From positions 1 to 38,579 of the IMG/VR virus record IMGVR_UViG_3300037483_000703: 38,579 nt of DNA; one strand, written 5' to 3'. Shown piece by piece: positions 26,308 through 33,262 of this stretch (positions within the stretch are counted from its first letter, which is position 1; every line of letters begins with the position of its first letter). Source of the DNA: a virus (taxonomy: Duplodnaviria; Caudoviricetes). The position numbers and the translations under genes are program-made. The notes below the pieces were generated by a model. It was not told the origin of the DNA. It did not search any database and saw only the letters and a program-made list of their open reading frames with translations.

Positions 26308-26792
26308 TGGATGTCCTCCTCGGACGGATAGATGTGGTCAGCGTGCGGCTCCATGCCGCGCGCCAGCCATTGAGCTACGGAGAAGTTCGGGCAGGTCTTG
26401 CGCGAGTCGAGGTCGCAGTGTCCGAAGACGCGCAGCCCGGGCCAGCGGCGCAGGAAGATCTCGGTTTCGAGACGAAGAGAATCCCACTGCGCCAGCGTGA
26501 ACCTGTCGCGCCCGACCAGGCAGACACCGATCGTGGTCGTGTTGTGGCCGAGGACATGAGCCCCGACCTCGTCCAGTGAGCGGCCCTCGAACGCCGCGCC
26601 TCTCACTGCATAGAGGCGGTGATACCCGAAGTGGAGAAGGTGTGGCTGATGGAATTTGGCTATATAAAAATCCCTCCGAAAGCCACGCAGCCGGTGCCAT
26701 TCGTCGACATCCCAGATCGACACGGGCTGACCATTCGGCGAGTCCGAGCAGTGAATGACGAGCGTGTCGACGATGTCAGGCCGGCGGTACAC
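26304..26792 (-). CDS. Endolysin, N-acetylmuramoyl-L-alanine amidase (T7 lysozyme-like)
   Basis: VIHCSD..GYH..GAHVLGHN..IGVCLVG..GHCD..KTCPNF Zn-amidase motifs. Confidence 0.93.
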   Translation of the reverse strand: MYRRPDIVDTLVIHCSDSPNGQPVSIWDVDEWHRLRGFRRDFYIAKFHQPHLLHFGYHRLYAVRGAAFEGRSLDEVGAHVLGHNTTTIGVCLVGRDRFTLAQWDSLRLETEIFLRRWPGLRVFGHCDLDSRKTCPNFSVAQWLARGMEPHADHIYPSEEDIQ

Positions 26793-26799
26793 TCGGGCG

Positions 26800-26848
26800 A
26801 GACTAGGTGGTCTCAGCGCAGTCGGTCAGACTGAAAGTCTTCAGGGGG
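26800..26848 (-). promoter_or_regulatory. Late (lysis) promoter with a Mor/C-type activator site
   Basis: CGGTCAGACTGAAAGTCTTCAGGGGG (26823-26848); -10 TAGTCT (26805-26800) at the same spacing as in the protease promoter. Confidence 0.72.
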
Positions 26849-27223
26849 TCAGAGAAGCTGGAGCTGGCGGGAGTCGGACGACGAGGACGACGCGAGGATA
26901 TACCACACGTTGCGCTCTGTCATGCGGAAGGCGCGGGCCAGCGCCGGCCCACTCTCGCCGGCGGCGTGACGAGTGCGGATTCGCTCGTCACGCTCGGCGC
27001 GCATGAGCGCCGCGCATCGTGGGAGCTTGACGTACTCGCTCGGCCAGCGGCGGGCGAGCAGCTGCGCGGCCTCGAGCCCGATGAGCTTGACCAGTGGGTG
27101 GTCTGCAGGAGGAGCTGCCGGCACGTAGACGTGTGTACCGCCATAGTGATCCACGAGCTGCAGAGCGGCGGTGATGCCGATCAGCTCGTCGAGCTCGCGG
27201 ATCTTGGGCGGCAGCAAGCTCAC
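26849..27223 (-). CDS. mor: Mor/C family transcription activator
   Basis: LPP..ELIG..YGGTHVYVP..RDERI..LARAFRMTERNVWYIL; lies before the lysis genes. Confidence 0.88.
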   Translation of the reverse strand: MSLLPPKIRELDELIGITAALQLVDHYGGTHVYVPAAPPADHPLVKLIGLEAAQLLARRWPSEYVKLPRCAALMRAERDERIRTRHAAGESGPALARAFRMTERNVWYILASSSSSDSRQLQLL

Positions 27224-27642
27224 TGCGTCCGCCTGCCATGGCGCGCGGCGTCGCGCGTGAGTGCAGCGATGATGCCTCGCAGCTGATCGGCCTTGCACCA
27301 GGCGGTGCGGTCGACGCTGTACATCCGCTTGGCCAGCGCATCGGCGTAGGACCACGGGCGACCAGCCTCGGCGAGCAGCGCTTCGACCTTCCGCAGCAGC
27401 GGACCGGTCTCGGGATTCTCGGTGTTGTGGGGTCGTCCGGGGTAGCGGTGACGCGCGCGGCCCCCGAGCCGAGCGAGGTGGTCGAGCACCCTGGCCCGAC
27501 CGGCAGCATCGAGGTCGGCCGCGGAAGTCACGCCGGCCACCTCATGCAACATCGCGCGGTAGGTCTCCTCGTCGAGGCCGAGCTGGCGCCAGGCCACCGC
27601 GTGGATCTTGGCCAACTCGCGCGTGCGGCGTGCATCACTCAT
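27220..27642 (-). CDS. gemA: GemA/gp16 (DUF1018-like) regulatory protein
   Basis: LAKIH..QLGLDEETYRAML..SAADL..KVEALL..WSYA. Confidence 0.88.
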   Translation of the reverse strand: MSDARRTRELAKIHAVAWRQLGLDEETYRAMLHEVAGVTSAADLDAAGRARVLDHLARLGGRARHRYPGRPHNTENPETGPLLRKVEALLAEAGRPWSYADALAKRMYSVDRTAWCKADQLRGIIAALTRDAARHGRRTQ

Positions 27643-27895
27643 GCGCGTCTCGCTTGTCCCAACTACCAAACACGCGCCCGCCCTCGTACGCGCGTTCCAG
27701 GGCCTCGCGCAGGCACATCGAGCACTCGGCTGCCCTACCGTCAAACGGATGCATGACGCACTGGCCATGGAGGAGCTGATCGATGAGCTCGTCGATGGAG
27801 TCGCAGCGCTCGAGGCCGGTGCAACTACGGCGCAGCGACGACGCCCAGGGCCCACCCATCACATCTCGAGGCAGGTAGTTCGGTCGATAGCTCAT
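27635..27895 (-). CDS. Hypothetical protein, 86 aa
   Basis: Coupled ORF in the early operon. Confidence 0.6.
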   Translation of the reverse strand: MSYRPNYLPRDVMGGPWASSLRRSCTGLERCDSIDELIDQLLHGQCVMHPFDGRAAECSMCLREALERAYEGGRVFGSWDKRDAHE

Positions 27896-28212
27896 CGCGT
27901 GCTCTCCCCCCTGGGATACGCCTCATCGAGCGCGCGGTCCCAGGCCCGCGAGGCTTTCTCGTGGTCGTCGGCAGCCTGGTAGTAGCGCACCTGCCCGCGA
28001 GGCGAGGTGTCGTAGGCGTACGCTTGCATGCGCGCGCTCGCGTCGAGCATGCGCTGCTTGGCCTGCTCGAGCTTCGCCTCACCGCGCAAGCGGCGCAGTC
28101 GGCCGAGCTCGATGTCCGGGTAGAACGCCATGATCGAGCGATCCATGACCCACGCGATGAGGGTCTCCTTGTCGCAGCGGCGCAGCTCGCGCTTAATGTC
28201 GAGGCGTGTCAT
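27892..28212 (-). CDS. Hypothetical protein, 106 aa
   Basis: ATGA overlaps at both ends. Confidence 0.65.
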   Translation of the reverse strand: MTRLDIKRELRRCDKETLIAWVMDRSIMAFYPDIELGRLRRLRGEAKLEQAKQRMLDASARMQAYAYDTSPRGQVRYYQAADDHEKASRAWDRALDEAYPRGESTR

Positions 28213-28433
28213 CGCAGCTCCTCGTCGTGACATGGGCACGCGCCCTCGCACGAGCACCCCGGCATGCTCGAATCCCAATCCTCGCGCTCGCGCAGATCAT
28301 AGCAGTCGCAGGTCGCCGGCGGCGGGGCGCCGAGCACGCGCCGCGCCTCAGGGCAGCGCCCGCACTGGCAGCCCTCGGCGTGCCAGTTCGCCCGGGCCCA
28401 CGTCAGCCACTCTGCTGCCTGTTGCCGTGTCAT
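28209..28433 (-). CDS. Small Cys-rich protein (74 aa, 9 Cys)
   Basis: CQCGRC, CDC, CSC, CPCH; TGATG coupling. Confidence 0.6.
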   Translation of the reverse strand: MTRQQAAEWLTWARANWHAEGCQCGRCPEARRVLGAPPPATCDCYDLREREDWDSSMPGCSCEGACPCHDEELR

Positions 28434-29359
28434 CAGACCGCCTCGCTCAGTGCGCCGCAGGGGATGACGCACTGGCCGATGCCGGCGAACACATCGACGA
28501 AGCGTCGCACCTCCGCCCCGAAGTAGACGATCGCACTCGACTGCGTGGGCTGGTCACGCTTCGGAGTGCCGCGCGGCGCGCGAAACTTCAGGCGGCGATG
28601 AGGGAAGCAGATCGGGTACGCCCACAATGCCTCGAACCATGCGTTCCCCGTCGCCGCGTTAACCAACAGCAAAGCCGACCTGGCAATGCCGGCCTCGTGC
28701 TGTTCGATGAGCCGGCGCGACCAAATCCCCTGATTGCTCTCCCAGTCGTCGTTCTTGCCGTAGGGCGGATTGAGCCACACGCGGCCTTTCCAGGGCTTGG
28801 TCAAGCCATCCTGCTGGACGGTGTAGATGCGCTTTGCGCAGACCTGTTCGTTGGCCTCTGCACAGCTCGCCGGATCGAGGTCGATCTCCCCCAGCACCAG
28901 GTGCGCGCCAACGATGATCTCGGGCGGCGTGTACCAGTCGACAGATTCACTGCTCGTCAGCGCCTCACGGGCGCCGCGCCTGCGCACGACCTGGTCGACC
29001 TGCGCTGCGGTAGGCTGCCCATCCGGCGCCGCCTCGACGGCCTCCTGCCATGCGCCTGCGCGCTCGTCCGGCTCGAGCTGAAGCAGCGGCCTGACTTGAC
29101 TCTCATGAGTGGGACCAGTTGGTCCCAGTCTTGCGGCTGCGACCGTTCCACCGATGAGCCGATTCGCGTGCCGCGCGGTGAACTGCCAGCGCTCACGGCA
29201 GTATTCGTCAAACGAGCTGTAATGCTGCTTGTAGAGCCGGCTCTCTCGGATCTCGACGAGCGCCTGACCGACTGCGATGAAGCCTTCGATCTTCTGCTCA
29301 ATGATGCGCTCGAGCTCGCCCAGGCGGTCCGTGTGAACGATCTGCGTACGTGCGGTCAT
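28433..29359 (-). CDS. Phage Dam-like DNA N6-adenine methyltransferase with an N-terminal helical DNA-binding-like domain
   Basis: WYTP..DLDPAS..DGL..W.G.VWLNPPYG; N-terminal GQALVEIRESRLY..FDEYCRERW. Confidence 0.88.
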   Translation of the reverse strand: MTARTQIVHTDRLGELERIIEQKIEGFIAVGQALVEIRESRLYKQHYSSFDEYCRERWQFTARHANRLIGGTVAAARLGPTGPTHESQVRPLLQLEPDERAGAWQEAVEAAPDGQPTAAQVDQVVRRRGAREALTSSESVDWYTPPEIIVGAHLVLGEIDLDPASCAEANEQVCAKRIYTVQQDGLTKPWKGRVWLNPPYGKNDDWESNQGIWSRRLIEQHEAGIARSALLLVNAATGNAWFEALWAYPICFPHRRLKFRAPRGTPKRDQPTQSSAIVYFGAEVRRFVDVFAGIGQCVIPCGALSEAV

Positions 29360-29658
29360 GCGTGCCCTCGTGCTCGGCGCAAGCGCGCCTCGCGCAGTTC
29401 GATGATCTCCTGCTGATCCATCAGCAGGAGGTCGTGTTTGTGAGCTAGCTCGGCGGCGATGCGCCTGGCCTCAGCGATGCCGGACAGCCGGCATCCCACG
29501 GTGACGTTCTTCCCCCCGCGTCCACGCCAGACCCACACCGCAGCGCGGCGACCACGACCGATAGCCACGACGAAGGTGAACGTCGCGCGGAACTCGTCGA
29601 GACGCAGGTCCGCCATCTCGAGGAGCGGCACGACGTCTGTGCTCGGCACATGGAGCAT
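29356..29658 (-). CDS. Hypothetical protein, 100 aa
   Basis: Coupled ORF. Confidence 0.6.
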   Translation of the reverse strand: MLHVPSTDVVPLLEMADLRLDEFRATFTFVVAIGRGRRAAVWVWRGRGGKNVTVGCRLSGIAEARRIAAELAHKHDLLLMDQQEIIELREARLRRARGHA

Positions 29659-29939
29659 CACTGCCTCCCGCGCCGGTGCTCGCCGGCCGCCGGGCACGTG
29701 GCGAAGTGGCTCGTGTAGACTGCCTGACCCCTGATGAGGGAGTTGAGTATCCGTGGGTCCTGGCCCCCCGTGTGCACCGCCTCAATGCGGTCGGGCTTGC
29801 GGAAGAGGTAGAACTTGCCATCTTGCCGCGGGGTGAGGTCGACCGGCATCTTCTTCCTGTGCTCGGTCACCGTCCAGACGACCTTCTCGCCGCAACTCCG
29901 GCAGCGCGCCGGCGTTCCTGGAGGGTCACCGCGAGGCAT
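29658..29939 (-). CDS. Zn-finger-like hypothetical protein
   Basis: CRSCG..W..KMPVD..SHFATCP. Confidence 0.75.
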   Translation of the reverse strand: MPRGDPPGTPARCRSCGEKVVWTVTEHRKKMPVDLTPRQDGKFYLFRKPDRIEAVHTGGQDPRILNSLIRGQAVYTSHFATCPAAGEHRRGRQ

Positions 29940-30291
29940 GGCTGCACTCCCGGCAGGTGAATGACGTCCACCGCTGTCGTTGGGCGTACGTGAGACACCG
30001 TCCGTAGCGCGCGCAATCGAATCGTCGGTGCTCGGCGACACACTCCTCAGACAGGCGTTTGCACGGCCGCGGTTGAGCGTTGCCCATGTCGACCAAGGCC
30101 AAGGGCTTGGCTGGCGTGGGACGCTTAAGCTGTTTCGGCGTCTGCATCGGCCGGGTCGCTGAGCCGATGGCACCGGCGACGCGACCCGCGAGGCGGTCCA
30201 ACGCGACCGGCGATGGACCGCTGTCGCCGGCGTAGTCCTGCTCGAGCCAATTCACCACCAGCTTGCGCGCCGCTGACAGCTCATCAGGCAT
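29926..30291 (-). CDS. Hypothetical protein with a C-terminal Cys cluster
   Basis: DCARYGRCL..W.SFTCREC. Confidence 0.65.
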   Translation of the reverse strand: MPDELSAARKLVVNWLEQDYAGDSGPSPVALDRLAGRVAGAIGSATRPMQTPKQLKRPTPAKPLALVDMGNAQPRPCKRLSEECVAEHRRFDCARYGRCLTYAQRQRWTSFTCRECSHASR

Positions 30292-30718
30292 GCCGCACCG
30301 CCTGCGCCGGATTCGGCAGCGCCTTGGCTAGATCGAGCTGTCGCAACACCGCCGCCTCGACGTCGGCAGGTAGAACCCATAATCCGAGCGACCCTTTGCA
30401 CGGCACGGGCATGGGCAGCGTGATGGGCGAGCGCAGCACCCAGTGCACCGCACCGGGCACTGCCCACTTGCTGGCGTGGTCACGCGTGCACTCGACGAGC
30501 TCGGCGACGCCGACGACGGCGCCGCGGACCCAGGCCGGGCCCATCCCGCACAGCAGCTCGAGCTCGCCGCCGGGCAGCGCCACTGGACCGTCGAGCTTGA
30601 GCCCGGCGTGCAAGGCGATGACGCCGTGGTGCCGCGTGCCCCACGAGCGGTTTTCGATGTCTTTGCCGAGCTCGAGGATGGCCCCGGCCCACGGCTGCAT
30701 GATGCTCAGTGCGCGCAT
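30284..30718 (-). CDS. ASCH domain protein
   Basis: MRALSIMQPWA..GKDIENRSW..HAG..GAVVG..KGSLGLW. Confidence 0.9.
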   Translation of the reverse strand: MRALSIMQPWAGAILELGKDIENRSWGTRHHGVIALHAGLKLDGPVALPGGELELLCGMGPAWVRGAVVGVAELVECTRDHASKWAVPGAVHWVLRSPITLPMPVPCKGSLGLWVLPADVEAAVLRQLDLAKALPNPAQAVRHA

Positions 30719-30721
30719 GAC

Positions 30722-31264
30722 TCACCTCACCGTCGTCTTCGCCGGCTCGACCTTCTCGATCTCGCTCGCGTGCGGCTTGGCGACGAACTCTTCCTTCTGC
30801 GTTATCGAGATCCCCTTGACCCCCTCGACCGCAGCGCGCTCGGCGAGGATGAGATCCTTGGCGACCTCTTCCTTGGTGCGAATGAATCGCGTGAGCCCCA
30901 GCGACTTGAGCGCCTCGATCACCTTGTCCGTCTTGCGCAAGCTCACCGACGGCGGGGAGACACGCCAGCTCAGATCACCGGTCGCGAGGTGGGCCGTCTT
31001 GCTGCCGGGCTTGAGTAGCTCATCTCTGTGCGCCTCGGCCCATGCGTGGAGCGCCTCGAACTTCGTCTCGATACCCTCGTTCAGCGGCTGCGCCTCTTGT
31101 TCGGCAGTCGCCCTGATGCCTGCTAGGGCGTCGTTCATTCGCAGCTCGATGCCGGCGACTTCGCGCTGCAGCCGGCCGATGTCGCCTAGCAGCTGCTCCG
31201 CCTCGGCCTGCATGCGCGGCACTGGCACTGTCAGGGCGGCAGCCTTCTTCTTCGTCGTTGCCAT
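30722..31264 (-). CDS. gam: Host-nuclease inhibitor Gam
   Basis: IGRLQRE..WAEAHRDEL..KT..TG..SWR..PPSV..FIRTKEEV.K. Confidence 0.93.
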   Translation of the reverse strand: MATTKKKAAALTVPVPRMQAEAEQLLGDIGRLQREVAGIELRMNDALAGIRATAEQEAQPLNEGIETKFEALHAWAEAHRDELLKPGSKTAHLATGDLSWRVSPPSVSLRKTDKVIEALKSLGLTRFIRTKEEVAKDLILAERAAVEGVKGISITQKEEFVAKPHASEIEKVEPAKTTVR

Positions 31265-31545
31265 CACAGCCTCCATTGGACGCGGCAGCCGCACACGTCG
31301 GCAGTCGCGGTGCGCTCCACGCTTCCATCACGGGTTTGCTCAACGCTCGGGGTCCCACGCAGCACGCGCGGATTCGGCCGCTCGTGCAGCATGATCGTCG
31401 GGCGGCCGCCGAACATGTCGATCTGCACACCGCCCACCAGCAGCCCCGCTCGATGCAGGGCACGGCAGACCTGCGTGGCATGCCCGAGTTGCTGCTCCAT
31501 TGGGCTCACGGGCTCTCTCGGCCGCAGCTTCGCCACAAACGCCAT
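31264..31545 (-). CDS. Hypothetical Mu-like early protein
   Basis: AGGAGG RBS; coupled; ends GCRVQW. Confidence 0.7.
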   Translation of the reverse strand: MAFVAKLRPREPVSPMEQQLGHATQVCRALHRAGLLVGGVQIDMFGGRPTIMLHERPNPRVLRGTPSVEQTRDGSVERTATADVCGCRVQWRL

Positions 31546-31901
31546 CACATCCTCCTGTCTGCAGGGGCTGCGGCGGCCGGGCCCCCGTGAACGCATCTAC
31601 TGCGGCAGGCGTGAAAGAGCGCGACTCGTAGATGGTTGGTCGCGGCGAACGGCCTGCGTTGTTCGTCCTGACAGCGGCGGGTCGAGATGTCGCCGAGCAC
31701 CGGACACGTGAGCGTGGCCCGCATGAGCTCGCCGCGCACGCGCGCCTCAACACCGTCGACAGCCCCTTCGTAACGGCCCCTCAATACCTTGCTCACGACC
31801 GCCGCATTGACGTTCAGCCGCTTGGCGACCTGGTTCTGCGATGAGCGTGAGCACGCCTCGCGCAGCACCAGGTACCAGTCGGCCTGGAAGTACTCAGCCA
31901 C
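31545..31901 (-). CDS. HTH protein with a C-terminal Cys cluster
   Basis: SQNQVAKRLNVNAAVVSKVLRGRY..CPVLG..C..ACRSRC. Confidence 0.8.
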   Translation of the reverse strand: MAEYFQADWYLVLREACSRSSQNQVAKRLNVNAAVVSKVLRGRYEGAVDGVEARVRGELMRATLTCPVLGDISTRRCQDEQRRPFAATNHLRVALFHACRSRCVHGGPAAAAPADRRM

Positions 31902-32142
31902 GGACCACCTCCAGCAGGCTATCGATCGTCCGCTGCACCCACTCGTGTGCCTCGTCGGCACGCTCGAGCTCAGCCAGCGAGAACTCGGAGGTGAGGTTGA
32001 GGGCGGCGACGATGCGGCGAGCGAGCCGGCGCTTCGCTTCCCAGTCCAGCCGCGCCGAGTCCAGCCGGATGCGGGCGCCGCTCGCCTCGTCGCCGTACTG
32101 CACAGCGACGCCACCGAGGATCAGTGATGCCAACTCAGCCAC
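31894..32142 (-). CDS. Hypothetical protein, 82 aa
   Basis: Coupled ORF with a GAGG RBS. Confidence 0.6.
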   Translation of the reverse strand: MAELASLILGGVAVQYGDEASGARIRLDSARLDWEAKRRLARRIVAALNLTSEFSLAELERADEAHEWVQRTIDSLLEVVRG

Positions 32143-32473
32143 GGTGCACCTCTTTCCCGTCTGGCCCGTAGGCCTTGTCTCTATTCAGGTCGTAAACCAG
32201 GCCGTCACGCCGGATCTGCGGGGCGAGCGGGCCGGGGTTTCGCACCACCACGTAGACCGGGTCCGAATGCTTCCCCTCGCGCCGCAGGAACCCGGCCTTG
32301 GTCAAGGCCACCACGTAGCTGCGCACGGTGGCGCGCGTGCCACCCGGCGCGGACGTCTCGATGTCGGCGTGCTTGAACCGCTTGTGAATGCGCATTGCGC
32401 GCCACATGCGGAACTGGCCCGACTGCTCATGCCGATCGCGATTGAACGGCGGCTGCCACCCTTTCGTCGCCAT
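32135..32473 (-). CDS. Winged-helix-like protein downstream of MuB
   Basis: MWRAMRI..F..YVVALTKAGFL..NPGPLAP..VYDLN. Confidence 0.8.
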   Translation of the reverse strand: MATKGWQPPFNRDRHEQSGQFRMWRAMRIHKRFKHADIETSAPGGTRATVRSYVVALTKAGFLRREGKHSDPVYVVVRNPGPLAPQIRRDGLVYDLNRDKAYGPDGKEVHRG

Positions 32474-32478
32474 CGCTC

Positions 32479-33186
32479 TCAGCCCTCAGCGGTGGCCAGC
32501 GTGAACGGCTGGTGGTTCCAGTCCTTCGAGGCGACCTTTGCCTTGCCCTGGCGCTTCGCCCACCGCTCAACGCGGTCGAGCCCCACAATCATGTCCCGCA
32601 TCGATCCGCGGGACGCGCAGTGCAGCTCCTCGAGGAGGTCGTCGGCGACGTCGACCTCGCACACCGCCTCGGTCAGCGTGCGTGCGTCGGCGATGTCGGC
32701 CGGCCGGAAGTTCACCCACTGCGCGATGCGGCCGGCGAGCTGCTCGCGATGCACAACTTTGCGGCGGAAGTCTGCCATCCCGATCAGGATGAGCGGCGTC
32801 GTCGCCATGTCGTGCAGGTCGCGCAGCGTCTCGAGCAGCTTCTTGTTGCCGACGAGGTAGTCCGCCTCGTCGACGAAGAGCGGCCGGCCGCGCGTCGTCA
32901 GCTGCTCCACGATGAAGTCGATCATGGTCGAGCAGCGCGCCATTGGCTGCGCCGACAGCTCGCGGCAGATGGCCCCGAGCATGGCAGTCGGTGTCCACGT
33001 GGCGAACGCGCGCACGTAGACGGCGTTGACCTCGTTCGCAAACCACGCGGCTGCGGTCGTCTTGCCGTAGCCCGTCGCACCCCACACCAGGCCGATGCCG
33101 GGCACGCCCACCGAGCGCGAGCGCAGCGCCTGCCCGGCTTGCCACAGCGAACTGATGTTCTTGACCTTCGCGATCTGATTACGCAT
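32479..33186 (-). CDS. MuB-like AAA+ transposition ATPase
   Basis: GATGYGKT Walker A, FVDEAD Walker B, LRDLHD; AAGGAG RBS. Confidence 0.93.
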   Translation of the reverse strand: MRNQIAKVKNISSLWQAGQALRSRSVGVPGIGLVWGATGYGKTTAAAWFANEVNAVYVRAFATWTPTAMLGAICRELSAQPMARCSTMIDFIVEQLTTRGRPLFVDEADYLVGNKKLLETLRDLHDMATTPLILIGMADFRRKVVHREQLAGRIAQWVNFRPADIADARTLTEAVCEVDVADDLLEELHCASRGSMRDMIVGLDRVERWAKRQGKAKVASKDWNHQPFTLATAEG

Positions 33187-33230
33187 GCTAGTTGCTCCTT
33201 TGTGGGGCGGGAGCATCCCGCCAGTCTCAT

Positions 33231-33262
33231 GAGCCCCGGTTGCACCCGGGGCTCTTCTATTT
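33231..33262 (+). terminator. Hairpin between A and B; terminator-like in the antisense (+) direction
   Basis: GAGCCCCGG-TTGCAC-CCGGGGCTC followed by TTCTATTT. Confidence 0.5.
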
